NCBI GenBank assembly: GCA_963701965.1
Contig: OY969695.1
Location: 1,376,001 to 1,440,000, forward strand
DNA from: an uncultured Gemmatimonadales bacterium
Lineage (GTDB): Bacteria; Gemmatimonadota; Gemmatimonadetes; Gemmatimonadales; Gemmatimonadaceae
Reading direction: 5' to 3'
Length of the DNA stretch: 64,000 nucleotides
Shown here: positions 29,868 to 40,508 of the stretch, piece after piece
Position numbering within the stretch: the first letter of the stretch is position 1
Layout: the number at the start of each line of letters is the position of its first letter
Notes under the pieces: model-generated
Seen by the model: the letters and a program-made list of their open reading frames with translations, nothing else
Databases searched by the model: none
What the model was told of the DNA's origin: nothing
Translations under genes and position numbers: made by a program

Positions 29868-32087
29868 TCAGAGGAGCGCCACGGGGTCCCGGTCGAGGGT
29901 CACGCGCAACGACCCCGCGTGGGGGATCTCCACGCGCTCGAGAAAGTACCGCGCGACCCGGGTGAGCGCCGCGGGATGCTCGGCTTTCAACACGAGATGC
30001 CACCGCCAGCGATTCTTGATCCGCTCGATCGGGCACGGCGCCGGGCCAATGACCGACACCTCGGCCGGCAACCGGCCGAGCCAGGTGGCGCTCGCCTGGG
30101 CGAACCGCGCCGTCGCGTCCTCGTCGGTGCCGCTGAAGACGACGTTCGCGAGCCGGATCGCCGGTGGGTACGCCGGCGACTGCCGCCCGCAGAGCTCCTC
30201 GCGGACGAATCCGGCATAGTCGTGGGCGACGGCGCACCGGACCGCGTGGTGGGCAGGGACCCGCGTCTGAATGAACACCCGGCCGGCCTTGGTGGCGCGC
30301 CCGGCGCGCCCGGCGACCTGGCTCAGGAGCTGGAAGCATCGCTCCGACGCCCGGAAATCGGGCAGGTTGATGCCCACGTCGGCGTCGATGACACCCACCA
30401 GCGTCACGTTGGGAAAATCGAGCCCTTTGGCGATCATTTGTGTGCCGAGGAGAATGTCGACCTCTCCCCGCGCGACGCGGTCGAGGATCTCGGCGTGCGC
30501 CCACTTGCCGGTCGTGGTGTCCACATCCATGCGGGCGATGCGGGCCTCGGGAAATCGCTCGCCCACCAGACGCTCCACCTGCTGCGTCCCCAATCCCCGG
30601 CGCCGCAGCGTGCGCCCTCCGCATCGGATGCAGCGCTCTCTCGGCAACTCCTCGTAGGCACAGTAGTGGCAGACGAGGCGCGCCGGCGCCCGATGGTCGG
30701 TCAGGGAGATCGAGCAGTGCGGGCAGACAGCGACGTCGCCGCAGGCGACACACTGCACGAACGCGGCGTAGCCGCGCCGATTGAGCAACAAAATGGTCTG
30801 CTCGCCGCGAGCGAGGGTCCCGGCGATCGCGTCTTCCAGCGGCTCCCGCACCACCGCGTTGAAGGGCGTGCGCACGGGCGGCTCGGCATCCGCGGGCGGG
30901 CGCAGATCGATGATCGCGATGTCCGGCAGGCTTCCCCCACCTACCCGGTCCGGCAGCGCGAGTCGGTGGTATTTCCCCGTCGTGGCGTTGACCCAGCTCT
31001 CCAGGCTGGGCGTGGCGCTGCCCAGCACGACGACCGCGCCTTGCTGGCGCGCCCGGACGATGGCGACCTCGCGCGCGTGGTACCGCGGCGACTCGCCCTG
31101 CTTGTAGCTGCCCTCGTGCTCTTCGTCGACGATGATGGCGCCCAGATCGTCGAGCGGAGCAAAGATGGCCGACCGCGCGCCCACGGCGATGCGCTTCCGG
31201 CCGGATTGGAGCGCCAGCCAGGCATCATACCGCTCGCCGTCGCTGAGCGCGCTGTGAAGGACCGCCACCTGGTCGCCGAACGCCGCGCGAAACCGGTCGA
31301 CGGTCTGCGGCGTGAGCGCGATCTCCGGCACGAGGACGATCGCCGTGCGGCGTTGCTCCTCGACGATCCGGCGCAAGAACTCGACGTAGACGAGCGTCTT
31401 GCCGCTCCCGGTCACGCCGTGCAGGAGGAAGACATCGCCCGGCTTGCCCGCCACCAGCGCATCGATGGCGCCCGCCTGCGCCGGCGTCGGCGTATGGGCG
31501 GTGCGCGGAGTCGCCCGCGCCGCAAAGGGATCGCGTTCCACGACGCTCTCATCGATCGTCACGACGCCGCGCTCGACCAGCGCCCGCAGCACGGCCGGCG
31601 AGCAGCCCAGCTGCTTCGTGAGATGCGCGACCGGCGTCTGGCCGCCGAGCGCTTCGATCAGCTCGAACACCTCGCGCTGGCGCTTGGCGCGGGCGAACAC
31701 CCGGTCGCGCTCGAGGAGCGATGGCATCTCGCGCGCCAACCGCGCCACGCGCTGAATCTTCGGCGCCGGCTTGGACGCCGCACCGAGCAGGGCCGCGGGA
31801 AGCGCCGTCCGGAGCACCAGACCGAGCGGCACGACGTAGTACTCGGCGATCCAACCGCAGAGCGCGAGCATGGCGGGCGCGAGCACGGGCGCGGCATCCG
31901 GTACGTCGAGGACCGCCCGCGGCGCCGCGCGCATGGTGGGCGCGACCTCGGTCGTGCCGACGCAGATCCCGATGGTCCGGTTGCGGCGGAACGGCACGAC
32001 CACGCGCATCCCCGCTGTGACTGGAACTTCCGAGACGTACGTGAACGTCTGGAAGAGCGGCAAGGCGAGCGCGACCTCGATATACAC
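29868..32087 (-). CDS. priA: Primosomal protein N' (replication restart helicase)
   Basis: LHGVTGSGKT, VPEIALTPQ, DEEHE, SATPSLES, CxxC zinc motifs, DFRASER; start reassigned to GTG 32087. Confidence 0.96.
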   Translation of the reverse strand: MYIEVALALPLFQTFTYVSEVPVTAGMRVVVPFRRNRTIGICVGTTEVAPTMRAAPRAVLDVPDAAPVLAPAMLALCGWIAEYYVVPLGLVLRTALPAALLGAASKPAPKIQRVARLAREMPSLLERDRVFARAKRQREVFELIEALGGQTPVAHLTKQLGCSPAVLRALVERGVVTIDESVVERDPFAARATPRTAHTPTPAQAGAIDALVAGKPGDVFLLHGVTGSGKTLVYVEFLRRIVEEQRRTAIVLVPEIALTPQTVDRFRAAFGDQVAVLHSALSDGERYDAWLALQSGRKRIAVGARSAIFAPLDDLGAIIVDEEHEGSYKQGESPRYHAREVAIVRARQQGAVVVLGSATPSLESWVNATTGKYHRLALPDRVGGGSLPDIAIIDLRPPADAEPPVRTPFNAVVREPLEDAIAGTLARGEQTILLLNRRGYAAFVQCVACGDVAVCPHCSISLTDHRAPARLVCHYCAYEELPRERCIRCGGRTLRRRGLGTQQVERLVGERFPEARIARMDVDTTTGKWAHAEILDRVARGEVDILLGTQMIAKGLDFPNVTLVGVIDADVGINLPDFRASERCFQLLSQVAGRAGRATKAGRVFIQTRVPAHHAVRCAVAHDYAGFVREELCGRQSPAYPPAIRLANVVFSGTDEDATARFAQASATWLGRLPAEVSVIGPAPCPIERIKNRWRWHLVLKAEHPAALTRVARYFLERVEIPHAGSLRVTLDRDPVALL

Positions 32088-32151
32088 CAGGGAACGATAA
32101 CAGCCCGCGTTGGCCGCTGGCGGCGGGACCGGGCGTGTTGTTAGTTGGAGC

Positions 32152-33708
32152 ATGCGGCGATTTCTGATCATCGCCGGTGTGTGCGTGCTGGTGTTGATCG
32201 CCGGGGCAGTGATCGCCCTGCGGGCGCTCGCCGGAGGTGCGGGCAAAGACAAGATCGCGTCGGCGCTCTCGACCATGCTCGAGATGCCCGTCACGATCGG
32301 GGACTTGTCGATCGTGCTTTTTCCGGCGCCTGCAGTCAGCGCCGAGCACATACGCGTGGGATCCGGCGACAGTACCGCGGCGCCGGGCGTGAGCATCGGA
32401 TCGGTTCGCATCGCCCCCACCCTGCTGTCGTTTCTTCCCGGTCGAACACGCTCGATCCGGCGCATCGATCTCGTCGGTCTCACCGTGTCGATTCGGCACG
32501 ACCGGTCAGGACGTTGGCTGGTCCCCGTGCCACCGCCATCGGCGGCGCCGCCCGCCGCCCCCGGGGCCCAGCCCGCGGCGAAAACGCCAGGGGGCCTCGA
32601 CCTCAACGCGTTGCACGTGCGCCGTGGGAGTGTCCGGGTAGTGGACGATGTCATCAATGCGGTCACGACGATCACGGCGATTGACGCCGATCTCGCGGTC
32701 ACGGCCGGAGCCGTGTCGATTCCCGGTTTCTCCGGGCAGCTCGGGCAGACGGTGGTCACGGGATCCGCGAGCTACGGGGCGTCGGGGATCGCGCTCAACC
32801 TGGCGTCCAAATCCATCGCCAATGCGGATTTGCCCGCGCTCTTTCGGTTGGCCGGCATGCAACCGTATCCCGGGCTCTCGATCAGCGGGGCGGCGCCCTT
32901 CTCCATGACGACGGCGATCGGATCGGATCTCCAGTCGTTCACGGTGACCGGCAAGGCCGCTATCGCGCAGGTGCAGCTCGGCGCCATCGCGCTGCAGAGT
33001 CTTCAGGCGCCGTTTCGATTCGACAAGAAGATCTTCACGATGGATCCCATGACGTTCACGCTGTACAAGGGGCGTGAGACGGGGCGGGTGTCCATCGATA
33101 TGTCGGCGGCGAAGCCCGTCTATGCGATTCGGACGTCCATCGCGGGGTTGGACGTCGATCAGGCGCTCTCGGCGACCACGACCATGAAGCACACGTTGCT
33201 CGGCATTGCCCGGGTGCAAGCCGACGTCAAAGGGGCCGGGGCGACGTCGGCGGACATCCAGCAATCATTGGCCGGGACCGTCGGATTCGCCGTCAACCAC
33301 GGCATCATCACCAACTTTCCGCTGCTCTCGGCCATCAATCAAGCCGTCGGCATTACGGGCGGGAATACGAAAGAGACCGCGTTCGACAGCCTCACCGGTA
33401 CCGCGGTCATCGCCAATGGAAAAGCGCGGACGAACGATCTCACGCTGCGCGCTGGTGGGCTCACCATGACCGGCAAAGGCACTTACGGGCTGGATCAGAG
33501 CCTCGACATGCAGACGACGACGACGCTTGCGGCGACGGCCGCGCCGGCCATCCGGCAGATGCTGCACGCGCAAGGAGAAGTGGCGATTCCCGTGCATGTC
33601 ACCGGCACGGCATCGGCGCCGAAGTTCGCCGTCGACGTTCAGACGCTGGCCAAGAAAGGACTACAGGATCAACTCAAGCAGGGCCTCAACAAGCTCCTGC
33701 CGCACTAG
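32152..33708 (+). CDS. AsmA-family protein
   Basis: N-terminal anchor, beta-taco-like repeats, C-terminal FDSLTG..IANG...IPVHVTGT.SAPKF. Confidence 0.8.
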   Translation: MRRFLIIAGVCVLVLIAGAVIALRALAGGAGKDKIASALSTMLEMPVTIGDLSIVLFPAPAVSAEHIRVGSGDSTAAPGVSIGSVRIAPTLLSFLPGRTRSIRRIDLVGLTVSIRHDRSGRWLVPVPPPSAAPPAAPGAQPAAKTPGGLDLNALHVRRGSVRVVDDVINAVTTITAIDADLAVTAGAVSIPGFSGQLGQTVVTGSASYGASGIALNLASKSIANADLPALFRLAGMQPYPGLSISGAAPFSMTTAIGSDLQSFTVTGKAAIAQVQLGAIALQSLQAPFRFDKKIFTMDPMTFTLYKGRETGRVSIDMSAAKPVYAIRTSIAGLDVDQALSATTTMKHTLLGIARVQADVKGAGATSADIQQSLAGTVGFAVNHGIITNFPLLSAINQAVGITGGNTKETAFDSLTGTAVIANGKARTNDLTLRAGGLTMTGKGTYGLDQSLDMQTTTTLAATAAPAIRQMLHAQGEVAIPVHVTGTASAPKFAVDVQTLAKKGLQDQLKQGLNKLLPH

Positions 33709-34691
33709 GACGCGCGGGCCAACCGCGCTGCGCGGTAGTCGGCCGGCGGGGCGTGCTCGGCCAGGAACGCCAGCAGCGCGTCGGCGACATCATTCCCGCG
33801 CTGGAACCGCTCATCCGGGTTTTTCGCCAGGCACTTCATGATGATCGCGGCCAGGGCCGGCGGCGTGCGGGAGTCGACCACTTCCGGCGGCACCGGCGCC
33901 TCGTGCACGTGCTTGTAGCCCACCGAGTACGAGTCGGCGCCGTCGAACGGGGGGAAGCCAAGCAGCATCTCGTACAGCATGACGCCCAGCGCATAGAGGT
34001 CGCTGCGGCCGTCGACCAAACGGCCCATGGCCTGCTCGGGTGACATGTAGTGCGGCGTGCCCATCGCCCGTCCCGTCCCCGTGAGCCGCCCGTGCCGGCG
34101 GGCCGTGGCGATGCCGAAGTCGGTCACTAGCGCGTAGCCGTCGTCATCGAACAGGATGTTGTCGGGCTTGATGTCGCGATGAATGACCCCGCGGCGATGC
34201 GCGTAGTCCAGCGCGCAGGAGACCTGCGCGGTCACCGTCGCGGCAAAGGCCGGCGCGACCGTCCGATCGCGGACCAACCGGTCGGCGAGCGACGCGCCAC
34301 CGAGGAACGGCATGAGGAGGTACACGACCTCCTCGGTCGAGCCGTAGTCGACGATCGGACAGATGTGCGGGTGCACCAGATGCGCGGCCGCCTCGGCCTC
34401 GCGCCGAAAGCGCTCCCGCATCTCGGCCTCGCGGGCCAAGTGCGCGTGCAACACTTTGATGACCAGCGGGCGCCCCAACTGCACATGCTCGGCGTAATAC
34501 ACATGCGCCATGCCGCCCGAACCGAGGCAATGCACGATCCGGTACCGGTTGCCGGTCATGCGCCGGAGCTGGCTGATCTCGGAATCCGGCGCCTCGGCGG
34601 GGCCGCCAGAGATCGGCGGGAGCGCGACCGAGCAGCGCGCACATTGCACGGCGACGGCCCGGTTCCACGTGCCGCAATCAGGGCAGAACAG
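33705..34691 (-). CDS. Cytoplasmic Hanks-type Ser/Thr kinase with N-terminal zinc ribbon (probable CTG start)
   Basis: FCPDC...CARC; LGSGGMAHVY, HRDIKPDN, DFGIA, GTPHYMSPEQ; no TM; GGAGG 9 nt before CTG at 34691. Confidence 0.92.
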   Translation of the reverse strand: MFCPDCGTWNRAVAVQCARCSVALPPISGGPAEAPDSEISQLRRMTGNRYRIVHCLGSGGMAHVYYAEHVQLGRPLVIKVLHAHLAREAEMRERFRREAEAAAHLVHPHICPIVDYGSTEEVVYLLMPFLGGASLADRLVRDRTVAPAFAATVTAQVSCALDYAHRRGVIHRDIKPDNILFDDDGYALVTDFGIATARRHGRLTGTGRAMGTPHYMSPEQAMGRLVDGRSDLYALGVMLYEMLLGFPPFDGADSYSVGYKHVHEAPVPPEVVDSRTPPALAAIIMKCLAKNPDERFQRGNDVADALLAFLAEHAPPADYRAARLARAS

Positions 34692-34696
34692 GGCGC

Positions 34697-35356
34697 TTAC
34701 CCTCCGAACTGCAATCGGACGAAGTCGTACGGGGGCCACGGACCAGTGACCCATACCCGCAGCGCCGGGTCTCGGCGATCCTCCGCGGCGACCGCGGTCG
34801 CGAACTCATTCCAGCGGGCGCGGTCGACAAGGAATGACGCCTGAGCGCTGTCCGCCGCAACGCCGGTCGCCACCGGTGTCCAGGAGACACTCTGACCCGC
34901 CAGCGTCCGAAAGATCTCCCGCGCGACCGCCTCGCCCGCCAACCGCTCGTGGGCCGCATCGGCACCAGCGATCGGCGGCGCGTGGCGCTCCACGTGCACG
35001 CGCCCGACGCTCCGGCCATCGACGAAGGCCAATGCATCGCTCAACGCGACGTAGTGCAGCTCCAACCACCGCACGATCGCTTCGCGCGACCGGAAGACGA
35101 CGCCCGGCGGCGCCGGCACGATGGATGTCTGCTCGAAGACGCTTTCGACGACCGCGCGGTGCGCGTCCAGATTGGGCGGCGACGGTGTCCGGCGCCAACT
35201 CCCGGCTTCTCCCCGGGCGCACTCGGTACTCACCGCCGCCAGATCGCGAAAGCCCACCAAACAGGCGCCGGACGGCAGCGGGCGCCCCTCCGCCTCCGGG
35301 CCGTTGACGACGCCGTACAGTCGGACGCCCTCCGCCGTCGCGGCGCCGCTGCTCAC
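34697..35356 (-). CDS. GvpL/GvpF-family protein (orphan)
   Basis: LYGVV, DLAAV, AHRAVVE...IVPAPPGVVF, C-terminal VTGPWPPYDFV signature; GTGA coupling to methyltransferase. Confidence 0.8.
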   Translation of the reverse strand: MSSGAATAEGVRLYGVVNGPEAEGRPLPSGACLVGFRDLAAVSTECARGEAGSWRRTPSPPNLDAHRAVVESVFEQTSIVPAPPGVVFRSREAIVRWLELHYVALSDALAFVDGRSVGRVHVERHAPPIAGADAAHERLAGEAVAREIFRTLAGQSVSWTPVATGVAADSAQASFLVDRARWNEFATAVAAEDRRDPALRVWVTGPWPPYDFVRLQFGG

Positions 35357-36159
35357 CGCCGCCACTTCACACCTTTAATGAGCTGAAAGCCGATCGCCCG
35401 TTCATCCGACAGCTCGCGCAACAAGGCCAGCTCCCGCTCGACCGCCCGGCGCGCCCCGCGCCAACCCCATTTCCGCCATGCCCGCGTGGCGATCTGGACT
35501 TTCTGCTGCCACGTGAGGCGGACCGCCCGGGATCCGCGGGGAGTACCGCCCGCCGAGGTCCAGTCCTCGACAATGATCTCGACCACCCCCGCATCCCGTA
35601 GCATCTGCTTCCACTCGACCAGGAAATGCGGGCGAAGTCCAAGCCGCTCGACCACGAGCTCACGCTCATCCCGGGACAGCTCGGAACCCCAGGTCAGCTC
35701 CAACAGCACGACCGACCCCATCGGCTTGACCACCCGCACCAACTCGGCCACGGCACGGGCCGGCTGGCGAGCCGCCGCCAAAGCGGGCTCGCCGATAGCC
35801 ACGTCGAAGACGTCAGTCTCATGCGGCAGGTCGTCCAGCTGGGCGTGGCTATAGGACAGCGGCAATCGCACCGGCATGGCCCGGGCCCGCGCCTCGGCCC
35901 GCTCGATCCGGCCTCCATCGGCGTCGACACCCGTCACCGACGCCCCCGTCCGGCGGGCCAACCACTCGGCGGTCACCCCATCGCCACAGCCCGCGACGAG
36001 GACCTCCTGCGCCGCGGCGATTTCGGCGACGCGAACGACCTCACGGTACAGATCCTCGCCCGTGGCTCGCCACCGTCCCAGCACGGCGAGCTGGACGAGG
36101 CGGAGGATAGCGGGCGCTGGTGGGGGGCTCGGTCGCACGCGCGGTGTCGACGTGCTCAT
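35353..36159 (-). CDS. Class I SAM-dependent methyltransferase
   Basis: VLVAGCGDG, VTGVD, LPHETDVFDV, ELVRVVKPMG. Confidence 0.85.
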   Translation of the reverse strand: MSTSTPRVRPSPPPAPAILRLVQLAVLGRWRATGEDLYREVVRVAEIAAAQEVLVAGCGDGVTAEWLARRTGASVTGVDADGGRIERAEARARAMPVRLPLSYSHAQLDDLPHETDVFDVAIGEPALAAARQPARAVAELVRVVKPMGSVVLLELTWGSELSRDERELVVERLGLRPHFLVEWKQMLRDAGVVEIIVEDWTSAGGTPRGSRAVRLTWQQKVQIATRAWRKWGWRGARRAVERELALLRELSDERAIGFQLIKGVKWRR

Positions 36160-36183
36160 GGACTCGAAACCTACGCGCACGGT

Positions 36184-37112
<929 letters not shown>

Positions 37113-37116
<4 letters not shown>

Positions 37117-37454
37117 CTGCGAACCGGCCGGCGTCGCCGAAAAGTCAGGAGAAAAGTGGAGCCATCGCGGGCGCCCGCGTCCGTGAGCGACACGTTTTCA
37201 TCCAACACTTCGTAGCCGTTGATCTTCATGACGAAGTCGGACGGGCTGCCGGACCGGTAGAGCGCATCGAGCGCGCGGATTTTGAGCGCGAGCACCGGTT
37301 CAGCGGGCGGAATTTCGACGCGCACCGTGTCCCAGACTTCGGGCATCTCCACGCGCAGCGTGATGCAGGATGCGGTTGAGGACGCGGCCGACGCGCACAG
37401 GCGAATGGCGTCCGGCCGGGAGCGCAGGGACGCCACGAAAGGAGTGATGGTCAC
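37113..37454 (-). CDS. Ubiquitin-like (beta-grasp, YukD/EsaB-like) protein
   Basis: ITLRVEM..VWDTVRVEI....VLALKIRAL...FVMKINGYEVLDENVSLTDAGARDGSTFLL mirrors the ubiquitin fold pattern; no C-terminal GG. Confidence 0.65.
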
Positions 37455-37720
37455 GCGGAAGGCAGGGTCGTGAAGAAGCGCGCGATCTGCGCGTCGAACA
37501 TGTAGGTCGAGCCGGTGACGGTGGTCGCGCCGCCGTCGGCGGGAGCGACGCCGATCACCAACTCCTCACCACCCTGGCCGCGGAACGTCACATACGCCGG
37601 GCCTTCCTTCTCCAAAAACGCGGGATACAGGCTGTTCCGGCGGGCGAAGAATTGCTTGGCGGCCGCGAGCACCTCGGGAGGCCCGAGCGACGTACGCGTG
37701 GTGACGAGTGTCGGGGGCAT
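37451..37720 (-). CDS. Small hypothetical protein
   Basis: 89-aa ORF, GTGA overlap with next gene, TAAGTT 6 nt before ATG. Confidence 0.7.
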   Translation of the reverse strand: MPPTLVTTRTSLGPPEVLAAAKQFFARRNSLYPAFLEKEGPAYVTFRGQGGEELVIGVAPADGGATTVTGSTYMFDAQIARFFTTLPSA

Positions 37721-37729
37721 GGCGATAAC

Positions 37730-38965
37730 TTAACTCGCCCTCTCCGGTGCCCGGTACTCCAGCGGAATCCCCACGGTGAAGGTGGACCCTTCACCCGGCG
37801 TCGACACGAGCTCGATCTCGCCGCCCAGGAGGTGCGCCAGGCGCCGGCACAGCGCCAGTCCCATGCCCGTGCCGCCGTATTGGCGCGTGAGGGAGCCGTC
37901 CGCTTGCCGGAAGTCCTCGAACACGAGTGACACGGACGCGGGCGCGACGCCAATGCCGGTGTCCGTGACCCGATAGATGGCCCGACCTTTGGCGATCGCC
38001 ACCGAGATCGTCACGGCCCCGTCACCCGTGAATTTGTAGGCGTTGTCCAACAAGCTCACGAGGATCTTGGTCAACTTGCCCCGGTCGCTGAGCAGACAGG
38101 GCATCGGACCGGTCGGCTCCTCGATGACGAGCCGCGCCCCGTGCGACGGCCACTGGCGACGGGTGGTCGCCTCGCGAATAGGCTCGCGCGGATCGAACGT
38201 TTGAGGCTCGACGAGCGTGGCACCCTTGGCCAGTGCCGTGAGCTCCAGGAGATCCTCCACGAGCGACAGCAGACGATCGCCCGCGTCCCGCGCCTGGTGC
38301 AGATCGGCGCGCTGGCGGTCGGTCAACGGCCCCGACATCTCCTCGAGCAGCAGCGCCAGATAGCCCATCACGGTCGTGAGGGGCGTGCGGAGCTCGTGAC
38401 TGACGTTGGTGAGAAACTCTTCGCGCACACGTTGCGCGGCCCGCAGCTCGTTGATCAGCGCGGCTTTCTCGGCGGTAGCCGCCATCTGGGCGGCCACGAT
38501 GCGCAAGAGCGCGCGCCGCTCGGGGGTGGGACTCCCGGGTTCGGCGAAATAGAACGTCACGGCGCCGAGCACACCCGAGGGCGTCTGGAGTGGCAGCGCG
38601 ATCAGCGCCCGAAATCCCAGCTCCGTCGCCACATCCTGCCAATCCTCGAGCGATGGGTCGGCGAAGACGTCCGGCACCTCGATGGCCCGGCGCTCGCTGG
38701 CCGCCTCCCCACTCGGTCCAAATCCGACGCGCACGCGCATGTCGTCGAGCCAGGGCGCGTATCGCATCGGCCAGTTATAGGCGGCCGCCAGGCGCATCAG
38801 CTCCGATGCCCCATCGAGCATGTATACGGATGCGAAACTGGCCCCGACGACAGGACTGACGCGCTCGAGGGCGAACCGGAACACGTCGTCCGGTCGCTCG
38901 GCCGTCAACAACGCCTGCACAATCTCACGCACGACTACGAGCTGTACGTCGGCGGGTGCGCGCAC
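37730..38965 (-). CDS. GAF-domain sensor histidine kinase
   Basis: GAF; FLTNVSHELRTPL H-box; LLDNAYKFT, DTGIG, FRQAD, GGTGMGL. Confidence 0.93.
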   Translation of the reverse strand: MRAPADVQLVVVREIVQALLTAERPDDVFRFALERVSPVVGASFASVYMLDGASELMRLAAAYNWPMRYAPWLDDMRVRVGFGPSGEAASERRAIEVPDVFADPSLEDWQDVATELGFRALIALPLQTPSGVLGAVTFYFAEPGSPTPERRALLRIVAAQMAATAEKAALINELRAAQRVREEFLTNVSHELRTPLTTVMGYLALLLEEMSGPLTDRQRADLHQARDAGDRLLSLVEDLLELTALAKGATLVEPQTFDPREPIREATTRRQWPSHGARLVIEEPTGPMPCLLSDRGKLTKILVSLLDNAYKFTGDGAVTISVAIAKGRAIYRVTDTGIGVAPASVSLVFEDFRQADGSLTRQYGGTGMGLALCRRLAHLLGGEIELVSTPGEGSTFTVGIPLEYRAPERAS

Positions 38966-38990
38966 GATCGGGAAAAGCTACTGGGAACGC

Positions 38991-40508
38991 CTAGGCCAGC
39001 AACCCCTCAATGGCGGCGATGACGGGCGCGAACGACAAAGTCCTCCCGCTGACGCGGCGCGCTACTTCGTCGGCCGTCTCCCGCTGTCCCTCGGCGTACA
39101 GTTCTTCGACAATCCAGGGGCCGGCGCGGGGATTCCGGTACCAGTCGACATCGAATCGCTCCACCAGGGAGGCCGCCAGGACCGCGCCCAGTTGCCAGGC
39201 GCGCAGATACCGCGCCGAGTAGAACCGCGGATCGACGTCGACAAACGCATCGGCGGCGGCGTAACGGAACGAAGTCGCGGCGGACAACGTCTCGACGAAG
39301 AGATCGGGCAGGCGACTCCAGGGCACGCCGCCCCCGTAGAGCTGCACCTCGTAGATCAGTTTCGCGCAGTACCGGCGAAGGTAGTGGAGCTCCTCCAGCG
39401 CCGCGGCCCGCAGGTACCGGGGCATCTCCCGGGGCCCGAGCCCGGTGTAGCGCGCCAACCAGCCGGGATTCTGCGTCAGGTGGTCGAAGAGCATGGCGTA
39501 CGACTCGGTCACCGAGTTGTCGCCGGCCCACTGGAACTCGAACGGGTAGTCGCGCCGCGTATTGCCGAAATGCAAGGCGTGCCCGAGCTCGTGCAGCAGC
39601 GTCATGTAGTCGGTCTGGCCGCCGTGCGGGCGGAGCACGAGATACACCTCGTCAGGAATGATCACCGGGGCGCAGAACGCCCGCGCGCGCTTCCCTTCGC
39701 GGTCCCCGACGTCGAAGCGCACGCGCCCGCCGGCATCGGGGTCGACGCCCATCTCGCCCATCTGGCGGCGCACCGCGGGCTCCATGGCGCTGCCGGGGAA
39801 GAATTCGTCGAACTGCGGGGCCCGGAAGAGCGCCAGCGCATCGGCGCGGCGCAGCTCCGCCATCGGGACGCCGAGTGCGCGTTTGACGGCCGGCGGCAGC
39901 AGATCATGCCAGTGGGCTTCGGTATCCCGCAAGAAGGCCTGACAGGCGGCGACGAGGTCCGGCAGCACGATGCCGCTCAGCGTCTCGAACGTCGCGTTGT
40001 AGTCGCGGGCAATGTGGGCCGACTCGATGAGCTCCTTTTCCCGCTGCGTGCGGTCGAGGCGCATCGGGGCCAGCTCGGCAGCGACGAGCGACTCGCGGGC
40101 CGCGTCGATGGCCAGACGCTCGCGCCGGTCGACGGTATTGCCGATCTCGATGGCCGCGCGCTGATAGGGCAGGCTCCGGCCATCGGCCAGGGACATCATC
40201 GCCGAGGACTCCCACGCGATCTCGCGCTCCTCGAGCGGCGCCAGCGCGCGACCGGCGCGCGTTTCGACGATGAGATCGAGCAGGATGCGGGCGGCCCGCC
40301 CCTCATCGGAGCCGGCCGTGGCGCCCTGGTACGACTCGCGGGCCAGCGCCAGCGCCTCGTCGCTCACGACCACGGCGTGCCGCTGGTAGATGGGCACCAG
40401 CTCGGCGGTGGGCTTGTGCCCGGCGGTCGCCAGGTAGTACTCGCGGGAGATTTCCTCCAGCAAGGCTTGGCCCGCCGCCCGCAGCCGGTCGAGCGTCAGC
40501 TCAGGCAT
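38991..40508 (-). CDS. M3-like (gluzincin) oligopeptidase
   Basis: GKRARAFC, LLHELGHALH, SVTESYAMLF; ATG overlaps glyQS end. Confidence 0.78.
   Translation of the reverse strand: MPELTLDRLRAAGQALLEEISREYYLATAGHKPTAELVPIYQRHAVVVSDEALALARESYQGATAGSDEGRAARILLDLIVETRAGRALAPLEEREIAWESSAMMSLADGRSLPYQRAAIEIGNTVDRRERLAIDAARESLVAAELAPMRLDRTQREKELIESAHIARDYNATFETLSGIVLPDLVAACQAFLRDTEAHWHDLLPPAVKRALGVPMAELRRADALALFRAPQFDEFFPGSAMEPAVRRQMGEMGVDPDAGGRVRFDVGDREGKRARAFCAPVIIPDEVYLVLRPHGGQTDYMTLLHELGHALHFGNTRRDYPFEFQWAGDNSVTESYAMLFDHLTQNPGWLARYTGLGPREMPRYLRAAALEELHYLRRYCAKLIYEVQLYGGGVPWSRLPDLFVETLSAATSFRYAAADAFVDVDPRFYSARYLRAWQLGAVLAASLVERFDVDWYRNPRAGPWIVEELYAEGQRETADEVARRVSGRTLSFAPVIAAIEGLLA

Noticed and set aside
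29845..30753. Long N-terminal extension on the TIGR00300-like ORF
   Set aside because: Alternative frame over priA; family similarity starts at ATG 29844.
32088..32759. 224-aa N-terminal extension of PriA
   Set aside because: Antisense to the AsmA gene; PriA similarity and a -10 box point to GTG 32087.
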